From Paragordius varius (lineage: Eukaryota; Animalia; Nematomorpha), in NCBI GenBank assembly GCA_964247055.1, contig OZ176050.1, positions 9,548,001-9,612,000 on the forward strand: 64,000 nucleotides of DNA, given 5' to 3'. This document shows, piece after piece, positions 40,901-51,849 of this stretch; within the stretch, counting starts at the first letter, position 1, and each line of letters starts with the position of its first letter. The notes below the pieces were generated by a model. The model was not told the DNA's origin. It saw only the letters and a list, made by a program, of their open reading frames with translations, and did not search any database. The translations under genes and the position numbers were made by a program.

Positions 40901-40981
40901 TTCTGCAATATTTGTGTTTGCTTTAAACTTTTGGATTGAATCGTTTTTGTTAGAAAACGTAGTGAAAGTATTAATAAACAT
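37934..40981 (-). CDS. Hypothetical 1015-aa protein of 42-aa tandem repeats (81-aa head including a partial unit, 21 full units, 52-aa tail); coding status unproven
   Basis: ORF track. Unit KPCMLKYYVNIIANQILKDAKLKADSDLQNPDKISPRASSSA; DNA period 126 bp (e.g. 38161 vs 38287); 81+21x42+52=1015. Confidence 0.5.
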   Translation of the reverse strand: MFINTFTTFSNKNDSIQKFKANTNIAENYFLPIPNGYFLKPRKPKTCVNINANQILKEAKLKADSDLRNREKISPRSSSSAKPCMLKYYVNIIANQIFKDAKLKVDSDLRNRDNISARSSSSAKHCMLKYYVNIIANQILKDAKLKVDSDLRNRDNISARSSSRPNPCMLKYYVNIIANQILKDAKLKADSDLGNRDKVSARSSVSAKPCMLKYYVNIIANQILKDAKLKADSDLQNRDKISPRASSSAKPCMLKYYVNIIANQILKDAKLKADSDLQNPDKISPRASSSAKPCMLKYYVNIIANQILKDAKLKVDSDLRNRDKVSARSSSRPNPCMLKYYVNIIANQILKDAKLKVDGDLQNPDKISPRASSSAKPCMLKYYVNIIANQILKDAKLKVDRDLRNRDKVSARSSSRPNPCMLKYYVNIIANQILKDAKLKVDGDLRNRDKVSARSSVSAKPCMLKYYVNIIANQILKDAKQKADNDLQNRDKVSARSSVSAKPCMLKYYVNIIANQILKDAKLKADSDLRNSDKVSARSSVSAKPCMLKYYVNIIANQILKDAKLKADSDLQNPDKISPRASSSAKPCMLKYYVNIIANQILKDAKLKVDSDLRNRDKVSARSSSSAKPCMSKYYVNIIANQILKDAKLKVDSDLRNCDKVSARSSSSAKPCMLEYYVNIIANQILKDAKLKADSALQNPDKISPRASSSAKPCMSKYYVNIIANQILKDAKLKVDSDLRNCDKVSARSSSSAKPCMLEYYVNIIANQILKDAKLKADSDLQNPDKISPRASSSAKPCMLKYYVNIIANQILKDAKLKADSDLQNPDKISPRASSSAKPCMLKYYVNIIANQILKDAKLKADSDLQNPDKISPRASSSAKPCMLKYYVNIIANQILKDAKLKVDSDLRNRDKVSARSSSSAKPCMLEYYVNIIANQILKDAKLKADSALQNPDKISPRASSSAKPCMLKSISSLTKFSMRPNLRMIVICESKKNKFQTMILKTLIQIRRKMIIKY
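38010..40840 (-). repeat. 126-bp minisatellite array, about 22 units
   Basis: Recurring CATCTTTTAAGATTTGGTTAGCGATGATATTGACATAATACT every 126 bp. Confidence 0.98.
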
Positions 40982-42141
40982 TTTTATTTATAATGTGTTT
41001 TGTGAATTTTTAGATTATTGTCAATAATTTACGATTGTTGTATAATAATAAGGTTTAATAATATGCTAACAATCAAAATCAATTTTAGTTAGAGTAGCAT
41101 TAACACTACATATAATATTATTTAATCAATTGACTTTAAAATATATTAAAAAATTGTTTTAATTTTACCTAGTACGCTTTAATGAAATACAGTGGAGTAT
41201 GGCTTAACAAAAGTTTGTACATGCAGTAAAAATTGAAATTATAGGACAAAATGCAATATAAAAATAAATTATATCTAAGGCAATCATACTTTTTAAACCC
41301 TTAATTTTTCTCATAAAAGCTATTTAGTTACATACAGAATTGATTGTGTTATTAATATATTTCTCTCTTTCAAAATTTGCCATTCAAAACATTTTTTGTT
41401 TTTTACCATACGCTTATGTGAATAGAATCATTGGCATTTTTTGCCTAATATGAAAGTTTTATAAAATTTATACGCTACTTCCAACTTGGTATTGTATTGT
41501 ATGTAGCTAAAGTCGTCGATTTATAAGTTTTTCATAGGTGATTTAAGCAAGGGTTATAAGATTTTTTAATAAAAAGTTTGTATTCTTAGTTTTCTCTCCA
41601 GCGCGTTTCGCGCTTTATTTTTCGTTAATTGTCATTTAATATTCCGATTTTTGTGCTTTAACAGTGTGTCCAGAATACGATTAGAGCCATTGGGGGTTTT
41701 ATTTTTTCGAGAACTGATTTTTTGTCTCTCCATATTAGTTTTGATAAAAACGCTTGTCGCTTTTTTATGGTCCAGTTTCTAGCCCCTAATAACATTGCCG
41801 GGAAGATTAGAAAATTTTGAGTCCTAATTTTTGCTGATAGTTTAATATCATATTATAAAACTTCCTTTTTTAGCGATATGTTGTCAGATTTGTTTTGCCT
41901 AACGTAATTCGTCTGATATTTGTCGTGCTATTATTGTTATTGTTAATAAGACTTGACGGATGTATATATTTGGAAAGTGCATTTATTATTTGATTTCCAA
42001 TGAATGTTGAAAAATATTGTATGGGCAAATTGCAAATTATCAAAAAATTTCAGTGAGATCATTTTTATACCCAATTTGATAAATTTTATTTATAGATTAA
42101 ATATATGTAGTAAATGAAAATTAAAACTTTTACCCCATATG

Positions 42142-43110
42142 TAAGGTGACCAGATTTTTTGAAGGAAAAAGCGGGACAAATCCGAGAAGGGTGGGTTATT
42201 GGGGGATACAACCAAAAATTTTTATACAAAAAATTTATTGTAATATTTATTTATTTTTAACACAAAAACATTATAAATATAAAAAAATTTGTACCTTACA
42301 GGTTGTTTGTACCTTATTCAAAAAATTTACATGTGCACGAACAAAGGGTGAAGTGATTGTAATATTATAGGAAAAAATAATAAATACGAAATCATCAAAA
42401 AGTGCGCTGGGTGATGCAAAAAGCGGCACAAAAAATATTTTTAACAATTTAGCGAGTAATCTTAATCAAAGCAATTATTAGCAGATACACAAAGCTATTC
42501 AAACAGCTACTAATTTGTTACCCCTGGAGTGGAAAATATAGTATCTTAAAATGCATTGATATTGAAGAACTGTTGGTTAGCTCTTTTGCCAGCGATTGAA
42601 ATATTTATAAAAATGTGATCTCCCAGAATCCTATTTTTTATCACAGGAAAGGTCAAAAGTCAAAAAAAGGTTAGAAAATAATTTTATACCATTACCTAAT
42701 TGCAATATAATAAAGCATCCAGAAAAACAAGGCTCATTGAATAGCCAGAATATAAAAATGTTTTAAAACAAAAACGATTATTTGGAAGACAAGACGCAAT
42801 GACACTTTTTTATGAAGTCTCAATATGATAAATATATTGAATGAAAACTTATATTATGGACGACAGAAAAAAATACGTAGGATAGAAATGGTTAAAATAA
42901 TCATTTTTAAACAAACTATGTTACATACAATAATATTTTAATTGTAGTTGCAATATCTTTACCTGAACCACTGCTATTGAACGCGTTTTTCCACAGTAAA
43001 TCAAGTTTGGACACGGAAAAATCAAATATAAATGTTGAAACTTTAAAAGCCATTTTATCTATAAATATAATTTGGCAAATTATTATGAAGACTTATACAA
43101 TATTTTAAGT
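42142..43110 (+). mobile_element. Deleted, diverged hAT derivative (terminal region plus transposase patches); mirrored at 45755-46723
   Basis: Begins TAAGGTGACCAGA. Blocks at about 42320, 42495, 42570, 42670, 42780 and 42955-43107 match transposase positions 44230, 44650, 44810, 45065, 45185 and 45490-45650 in order, with many mismatches and large deletions. Confidence 0.8.
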
Positions 43111-43375
43111 ATTTTTATTTTTTAACACAAAATCTTTATAAATATAAGAAAATATTTTATTCTTTGGTATATTTTTTGTTTGAGTGAATGCGTTTTAGCA
43201 GATTGTCATCATTTTTTAAAATATTGTAGAAGTTTTCACAAGAATTTGTCAAATTATATTTGACAGATAAAACGGCCTTTAAAGTTTCAACATTTAAATT
43301 TGATTTTTCCGATCACACCTGATTTACTTTGGAAAAACGCGCTCAGTAGCAGCGTTGGTTCCAGGTAAAGATAGT

Positions 43376-46300
43376 TAAGGTGACCAGACGTGCCGTTTTT
43401 GGCGGGACAGTCCCGCTTTTTCCTACTTTGTCCCGCGTTCTGCTACGTTTTTAAAATGTCCCGCTTTTTCACGATTATATAAAAAAATTTTTTTTTATAC
43501 AAATAAATTTTTTTTATCCGTTTAAATATCATTAAATATCTTTAATATCTATATAATTTTAAATTAAAATTTTTTATTTTTAAATTATTATTTATTTTTT
43601 TCGAATTTATATTATATGATTATACACTTTCCTTCCTACTACTACTGTGATCATTATCAAAAAGCCAAGTTAATTCCACAAATCTCTAGATTAAAAGACA
43701 AATTGATACCACAAATCGGTACCTTACACGTTTATTCCAGAAAATTAATGTAATATAATATTTATTATACTAATATATTAGTTTTATTACTTGTCAACAT
43801 AATTAAACTTTACACGTTTATTTCAGAAAACAAAGGTAATATAACATTTATTATACTAATTGTAGTTTATGAATATGAGCACAAAAAGAGGTTATAAATT
43901 CAACGATGAATTAATGAAAGATTTTCCTTTTATCAAAAAAGAATGAATCATCTGTTAAATGTCTTATATGCGAGGGGAAATTTACCCTAGGACATGGCGG
44001 CAAGCATGATATTACAAAGCATATGGAAACACAGAAACATGATCAAATGTTTAGATATGGCTGCATCATCTTACAAAATGAGCGATTTTTTTCGAAAAAC
44101 CGCTTTTGGAGAGGAAAAAAAGAATTTAGCACTAGATGAAGGCGTGTTATCTTTTCACGCCGTTAATCACAACCATTCCTTTAGATCTATGGACTGTACC
44201 TCACAGGTTATTCGCACGTTATTCCATAAAAATTTACATGTGCCCGTACAAAGGCTGAAGCCATTGTGTGCTTTGTCCTTTCGTCACATGCATTTTCTGA
44301 AATACAAAAAGATTTGCTGAAAATTAATTTCTTATCCCTATACTCTGATGCATCAAATCACCATGAAACAAAATTATTTCTAACCTTAAAGATATTTTTA
44401 TTCTGAAACCGGAGTAAAAATTAAAAATTTAGATTCAATTTCTCTACCCGGCAAAAATTCCGAAATAATATTAACTTCAATAATGCATATTCTAGAAAAA
44501 AATAATTTAAAAGACAAAATTATCGCATATTGCGCTGACAACACCAATACGAACTTCGGTGGAAAAGCAAGGAGGGGAGCGAATAATATTCATAAATTAG
44601 CATATACATTATTGGCGTTGGGTGTGCAGCGCATATTATGCACAACGATATTCAAACAGCTGCTGATTTGTTACCCCTAGATGTGGAAAATGTAGTTGTT
44701 AAAATATATTCCTATTTTTATATATACACGGTACGTGTTGAAACGCTTAAAGAATTCTGTGAAAATGCAGAAGTTCAATATCAAAAAATGCTTGGATATT
44801 GTAAAGCTCGTTGGTTAGCTTTTATGCCAGCTATCGAAAAAATTTTTAAAATGTATGATCCTTTAAAATCTTTTTTTTCACAGGATAAATGTCCTACAAC
44901 TTTAAAAAGTTTTTTGAAAGCGATTCTTCAAAAATATGGTTAGAATTCTTACATAATCTAGCTTCTCTCTTTCATAATGTTATTAAATTTATAGAAGGTC
45001 ACAAAGTTTCGGCAATCGAAGTAGCCAATGAAGTTAGTAACCTAAAATTCCAATGTCAAGAACGGTTAGAAAATAATTTTATACCATTAACCATCCGCAA
45101 TATAATAAATAATTTAGAAAAACAAGGGTTAATAAATTGCCAAGATATCCTGTACCAAATAAAAATGATAAAAACTGTAAAGATTATTTTGAAGACTGGA
45201 CGACGCAAATTAATGAAATTGATTATTTTCATTGGATAACATTAAATACAGAATTTAATTGGTGCGATGTTCAAAAATCATTTGATTATATCTGTTCCCA
45301 AAAATTCTCTAAAAATCTTTCAGAAAAAAATGATCTTTTTTCTAAAGTATCATTAGTTAAAAGATATATTAATAATGAAAAACTTAAATTAAGGACAACA
45401 GAAAAAAATACAGTAGAAAAGAGGTTATAAATATTTCATTATTTTGAAACAAATTATGTTCCATACAATTTGAAAAATGTGGAATTTGTACTATCTTTAC
45501 CTGGAACCAACGCTGCTACTGAGCGCGTTTTTCCAAAGTAAATCAGGTGTGATCGGAAAAATCAAATTTAAATGTTGAAACTTTAAAGGCCGTTTTATCT
45601 GTCAAATATAATTTGACAAATTCTTGTGAAAACTTCTACAATATTTTAAAGAATGATGACAATCTGCTAAAACGCATTCACTCAAACAAAAAATATACCA
45701 AAGAATAAAATATTTTCTTATATTTATAAAGATTTTGTGTTAAAAAATAAAAATACTTAAAATATTGTATAAGTCTTCATAATAATTTGCCAAATTATAT
45801 TTATAGATAAAATGGCTTTTAAAGTTTCAACATTTATATTTGATTTTTCCGTGTCCAAACTTGATTTACTGTGGAAAAACGCGTTCAATAGCAGTGGTTC
45901 AGGTAAAGATATTGCAACTACAATTAAAATATTATTGTATGTAACATAGTTTGTTTAAAAATGATTATTTTAACCATTTCTATCCTACGTATTTTTTTCT
46001 GTCGTCCATAATATAAGTTTTCATTCAATATATTTATCATATTGAGACTTCATAAAAAAGTGTCATTGCGTCTTGTCTTCCAAATAATCGTTTTTGTTTT
46101 AAAACATTTTTATATTCTGGCTATTCAATGAGCCTTGTTTTTCTGGATGCTTTATTATATTGCAATTAGGTAATGGTATAAAATTATTTTCTGACCTTTT
46201 TTTGACTTTTGACCTTTCCTGTGATAAAAAATAGGATTCTGGGAGATCACATTTTTATAAATATTTCAATCGCTGGCAAAAGAGCTAACCAACAGTTCTT

Positions 46301-46723
46301 CAATATCAATGCATTTTAAGATACTATATTTTCCACTCCAGGGGTAACAAATTAGTAGCTGTTTGAATAGCTTTATGTATCTGCTAATAATTGCTTTGAT
46401 TAAGATTACTCGCTAAATTGTTAAAAATATTTTTTGTACCGCTTTTTGCATCACCCAGCGCACTTTTTGATGATTTCGTATTTATTATTTTTTCCTATAA
46501 TATTACAATCACTTCACCCTTTGTTCGTGCACATGTAAATTTTTTGAATAAGGTACAAACAACCTGTAAGGTACAAATTTTTTTATATTTATAATGTTTT
46601 TGTGTTAAAAATAAATAAATATTACAATAAATTTTTTGTATAAAAATTTTTGGTTGTATCCCCCAATAACCCACCCTTCTCGGATTTGTCCCGCTTTTTC
46701 CTTCAAAAAATCTGGTCACCTTA
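43376..46723 (+). mobile_element. hAT-Blackjack-like DNA transposon, 3.35 kb, rearranged
   Basis: TIRs TAAGGTGACCAGA...TCTGGTCACCTTA with subterminal GGGACA/GTCCCG motifs, like the TAGGGTGACCA ends of MER81/MER94/Blackjack as I recall them. Contains a hAT transposase. No matching 8-bp TSD: AAGATAGT on the left vs CATATGGG on the right. Confidence 0.85.
43875..45708 (+). pseudogene. Frameshifted hAT transposase
   Basis: Across several frames: BED-like finger CLICEGKFTLGHGGKHDITKHMETQKH, YSDASNH, YCADNTNTNFGG, GCAAHIMHN (CxxH), ARWL, and the C-terminal LSLPGTNAATERVFS...LNVETLKAVL. Multiple frameshifts and stops. Confidence 0.88.
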
Positions 46724-47883
46724 CATATGGGGTAAAAGTTTTAATTTTCATTTACTACATATATTTAATCTATAAATAAAATTTATCAAATTGGGTATAA
46801 AAATGATCTCACTGAAATTTTTTGATAATTTGCAATTTGCCCATACAATATTTTTCAACATTCATTGGAAATCAAATAATAAATGCACTTTCCAAATATA
46901 TACATCCGTCAAGTCTTATTAACAATAACAATAATAGCACGACAAATATCAGACGAATTACGTTAGGCAAAACAAATCTGACAACATATCGCTAAAAAAG
47001 GAAGTTTTATAATATGATATTAAACTATCAGCAAAAATTAGGACTCAAAATTTTCTAATCTTCCCGGCAATGTTATTAGGGGCTAGAAACTGGACCATAA
47101 AAAAGCGACAAGCGTTTTTATCAAAACTAATATGGAGAGACAAAAAATCAGTTCTCGAAAAAATAAAACCCCCAATGGCTCTAATCGTATTCTGGACACA
47201 CTGTTAAAGCACAAAAATCGGAATATTAAATGACAATTAACGAAAAATAAAGCGCGAAACGCGCTGGAGAGAAAACTAAGAATACAAACTTTTTATTAAA
47301 AAATCTTATAACCCTTGCTTAAATCACCTATGAAAAACTTATAAATCTACGACTTTAGCTACATACAATACAATACCAAGTTGGAAGTAGCGTATAAATT
47401 TTATAAAACTTTCATATTAGGCAAAAAATGCCAATGATTCTATTCACATAAGCGTATGGTAAAAAACAAAAAATGTTTTGAATGGCAAATTTTGAAAGAG
47501 AGAAATATATTAATAACACAATCAATTCTGTATGTAACTAAATAGCTTTTATGAGAAAAATTAAGGGTTTAAAAAGTATGATTGCCTTAGATATAATTTA
47601 TTTTTATATTGCATTTTGTCCTATAATTTCAATTTTTACTGCATGTACAAACTTTTGTTAAGCCATACTCCACTGTATTTCATTAAAGCGTACTAGGTAA
47701 AATTAAAACAATTTTTTAATATATTTTAAAGTCAATTGATTAAATAATATTATATGTAGTGTTAATGCTACTCTAACTAAAATTGATTTTGATTGTTAGC
47801 ATATTATTAAACCTTATTATTATACAACAATCGTAAATTATTGACAATAATCTAAAAATTCACAAAACACATTATAAATAAAA

Positions 47884-50045
47884 ATGTTTATTAATACTTT
47901 CACTACGTTTTCTAACAAAAACGATTCAATCCAAAAGTTTAAAGCAAACACAAATATTGCAGAAAACTATTTTCTACCAATTCCTAATGGATATTTTCTA
48001 AAGCCACGGAAGCCGAAAACTTGTGTTAATATCAACGCTAACCAAATTTTAAAGGAGGCCAAACTAAAAGCTGATAGTGATTTGCGAAATCGTGAAAAAA
48101 TATCGCCGAGAAGTTCGTCTAGTGCAAAACCCTGTATGTTGAAGTATTATGTCAATATCATCGCTAACCAAATATTCAAAGATGCCAAACTGAAAGTTGA
48201 TAGTGATTTGCGAAATCGTGACAATATATCGGCGAGAAGTTCGTCAAGTGCAAAACCCTGTATGTTGAAGTATTATGTCAATATCATCGCTAACCAAATC
48301 TTAAAAGATGCCAAACTGAAAGTTGATAGTGATTTGCGAAATCGTGACAATATATCGGCGAGAAGTTCGTCTAGACCAAATCCCTGTATGTTGAAGTATT
48401 ATGTCAATATCATCGCTAACCAAATCTTAAAAGATGCCAAACTGAAAGCTGATAGTGATTTGGGAAATCGTGACAAAGTATCGGCGAGAAGTTCGGTAAG
48501 TGCAAAACCCTGTATGTTGAAGTATTATGTCAATATCATCGCTAACCAAATCTTAAAAGATGCCAAACTGAAAGTTGTTGGTGATTTGCGAAATCGTGAC
48601 AAAGTATCGGCGAGAAGTTCGGTAAGTGCAAAACCCTGTATGTTGAAGTATTATGTCAATATCATCGCTAACCAAATCTTAAAAGATGCCAAACTGAAAG
48701 TTGATGGTGATTTGCAAAATCGTGACAAAATATCGCCGAGAGCTTCGTCTAGTGCGAAACCCTGTATGTTGAAGTATTATGTCAATATCATCGCTAACCA
48801 AATCTTAAAAGATGCCAAACTGAAAGCTGATAGTGATTTGCAAAATCGTGACAAAGTATCGGCGAGAAGTTCGGTAAGTGCAAAACCCTGTATGTTGAAG
48901 TATTATGTCAATATCATCGCTAACCAAATCTTAAAAGATGCCAAACTGAAAGCTGATAGTGATTTGCAAAATCCTGACAAAATATCGCCGAGAGCTTCGT
49001 CTAGTGCAAAACCCTGTATGTTGAAGTATTATGTCAATATCATCGCTAACCAAATCTTAAAAGATGCCAAACTGAAAGTTGATAGTGATTTGCGAAATTG
49101 TGACAAAGTATCGGCGAGAAGTTCGTCAAGTGCAAAACCCTGTATGTTAGAGTATTATGTCAATATCATCGCTAACCAAATCTTAAAAGATGCCAAACTG
49201 AAAGCTGATAGTGATTTGCAAAATCCTGACAAAATATCGCCGAGAGCTTCGTCTAGTGCAAAAACCTGTATGTTGAAGTATTATGTCAATATCATCGCTA
49301 ACCAAATCTTAAAAGATGCCAAACTGAAAGCTGATAGTGATTTGCAAAATCCTGACAAAATATCGCCGAGAACTTCGTCTAGTGCAAAACCCTGTATGTT
49401 GAAGTATTATGTCAATATCATCGCTAACCAAATCTTAAAAGATGCCAAACTGAAAGCTGATAGTGATTTGCAAAATCCTGACAAAATATCGCCGAGAGCT
49501 TCGTCTAGTGCAAAACCCTGTATGTTGAAGTATTATGTCAATATCATCGCTAACCAAATCTTAAAAGATGCCAAACTGAAAGTTGATAGTGATTTGCGAA
49601 ATCGTGACAAAGTATCGGCGAGAAGTTCGTCAAGTGCAAAACCCTGTATGTTAGAGTATTATGTCAATATCATCGCTAACCAAATCTTAAAAGATGCCAA
49701 ACTGAAAGCTGATAGTGCTTTGCAAAATCCTGACAAATATCGCCGAGAGCTTCGTCTAGTGCAAAACCCTGTATGAAGTATTATGTCAATATCATCGCTA
49801 ACCAAATCTTAAAAGATGCCAAACTGAAAGCTGATAGTGATTTGCAAAATCCTGCCAAAATATCGCCGAGAGCTTCGTCTAGTGCAAAACCCTGTATGTT
49901 GAAGTCAATATCATCGCTAACCAAATTTTCAATGAATCCAAACTTAAGGATGATTGTGATTTGCGAATCCAAGAAAAACAAATTTCAAACCATGATATTG
50001 AAAACTTTAATTCAGATTCGAAGAAAGATGATAATAAAATATTAA
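47884..50045 (+). pseudogene. Second copy of the 42-aa repeat ORF, 14 full units, frameshifted in unit 13
   Basis: ORFs 47884-49776 and 49773-50045. A 1-nt loss near 49737 (GACAAATATC) and a 3-nt loss at ATGAAG (49773) relative to the other units. Confidence 0.6.
48025..49965 (+). repeat. 126-bp minisatellite array, about 15 units
   Basis: Mirror of 38010-40840 with a different order of internal units. Confidence 0.97.
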
Positions 50046-51387
50046 AAAGTAAATGGACCCAAGACATTTTCAATCAACATCTGGATTCCTCCTCCTTGAG
50101 ACAAATTCAACTTTCAATTGAATCAAAATATACTTTAAACCCTAAAAAAAAGAAAAAGAATCAAAAAAGTGATAATTTCACTTCCGATTTGTGGTTCGTT
50201 TAAGGATTGATGATTGAATATCATAATACATATATAAAAAATATAATAAATAATAAAAATAGTTTTTATATGTTTATGGGAAATATTTTAAAAAGAATGA
50301 GTTTTACTATGATTATTTTTATGTTTGTGTGTATCAAAATACCGGTCGATTGTGATATTAGTTCCCAGAATGTAAAACCAGATTTATCATATTGTGATTA
50401 TTAGGGCTATTACGACTCCACGTGATATTTTTTGGTTAATTTTAATGGCCAGATCAGCTTAAATTTTGCTAAATGTCAAATCAACAGGGTAGCGTAAATT
50501 ATTAATAGTTTACCCCTATATATACCCACAGAATCTTGTGGAATCTTAAATTTCAGAATAGAAAATGAATTGTAAAGATGGAGACAGATCGTTCTTTTTA
50601 TCGCTTATCAATTGGAATTATTTAATAAATTAATCTGAAAACAGCCTTCAATAATGATTCTCAAAATTTATTGCTATCCACTAAGGTTTAAAAATAATTT
50701 GGATAAAATTCATATAATTTGTAATAATTATTCAGTTAAACTTAACAGTATTCTTACTTTAGTTGAATATTTATGGCATTAAGGTTAAAGAATCAATTTA
50801 TTTTCTGTGATCCAGTGTGTTTATGACGACTATAATTCAACTTTGATCACCATTCACTATAATTGTTTGATTTTGTTATACCTGCATAATTTTTATTTAG
50901 GTAATTTAATTGTTTGGACCCATCTAATGTTAGCCATCCACTGGCTCTGTGGCTGCTAACAATATATCTTTATATCTATTTTGATGTTTTATTACCAAAA
51001 AATTTATATTTTACACCGGGAGTTTCCAACATAAATGGCTAAGGGTGACGCATTTTCGGATCAAATAATTTAACGGGCCGCATTCGAAAAATATATGGGC
51101 ATTAACAAATATTTTATTAGATTTAATACATAAGACTGTAAAAACTACTTATTTTTTTAACAATTTTTGCTGCTGGAGCGTCGAAATTCGGAAAATTTAT
51201 TCAAAGAATTTGTGTAAGAAAATTAATTTTGCTTAAATTTCACGCAGGCGGCAGGAATATTTAGGAGGGCCGCATGTTACTGCTGTTTTAGACCAATGAT
51301 TCTGTTGTATAATGGGGTATATGTGCAGATTTTCAGTATGTGATATTAAATATACGGAACTATTTGTGTTCTAAACATTTGCAATAT

Positions 51388-51611
51388 TGTACTGTAACTT
51401 AGTATCGAAGTGATATAATCTACATTATCTAAAGATAAATAATATTTATTTTCTATTTATACATAAATGGTGTTTTGAAGTAAATAATGGAAATGCCTTG
51501 GATAAATGCATAATTTGAATACAGCGAGGTTTATCATCCTTAAGTAGTTTATTCTATTAAACACGAGTATCTAAATTGAATAAATAAATATTATATCATT
51601 TTTTAAAATAA

Positions 51612-51614
<3 letters not shown>
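51388..51614 (-). pseudogene. Antisense duplicate of the uif last-intron end, terminal exon (51557-51570) and proximal 3' UTR
   Basis: TTAAACACGAGTATCTAAATTGAAT is the reverse complement of 35754-35778. The adjoining roughly 170 bp match 35779-35948 with about ten differences. Confidence 0.92.
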
Positions 51615-51652
<38 letters not shown>

Positions 51653-51849
51653 ATTCAAACGCGATTTATCTTTAGTTCTTGCAGCTTTTTCAAGGACCCG
51701 TTAAAAAATGTAAAAATTTTATCTACGATTTTTGGGATTATCCTTATGTTACATATTAATAAATAAATTTATGTGTATTTACTCTTTGTATTTTTTACTC
51801 GACCTAAATGACCATAAAAATGCGTTGCTTGATATTGAATCTATACTAT

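Larger units (their letters stand above)
35693..43375. repeat. Left arm of 16-kb inverted duplication
   Basis: Reverse complement of 45490-51650 (inner positions sum to 88865, e.g. 42142/46723 and 43375/45490). It has 641 extra bp (35949-36589) and 7 more 126-bp units than the right arm. Confidence 0.95.
45490..51650. repeat. Right arm of 16-kb inverted duplication
   Basis: Mirror of 35693-43375; starts at ACTATCTTTACC inside the transposase and ends in the (AT)18 tract. Confidence 0.95.

Noticed and set aside
42146-42370. 74-aa ORF (and its mirror 46495-46719) as a gene
   Set aside because: It starts in the TIR and runs through subterminal DNA into a transposase fragment; an incidental frame.
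46850-47320. Coding-like fragments upstream of the repeat ORF (mirrored at about 41545-42015)
   Set aside because: Interrupted by stops in all frames, and I could not splice them into the repeat ORF.
38010-49965. 126-bp arrays as a CRISPR array
   Set aside because: No unique spacers (whole units repeat), eukaryotic context, and no cas genes.
50207-50960. Short hydrophobic ORF and exon-like pieces downstream of the repeat ORF
   Set aside because: No consistent open spliced frame or known motif.
35693-51650. Palindrome as a pure assembly or amplification artefact
   Set aside because: Not excluded, but disfavoured: the junction is exactly at a TIR, and the arms differ by array content, a 641-bp indel and position-dependent divergence. 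Native long reads are needed to settle it.
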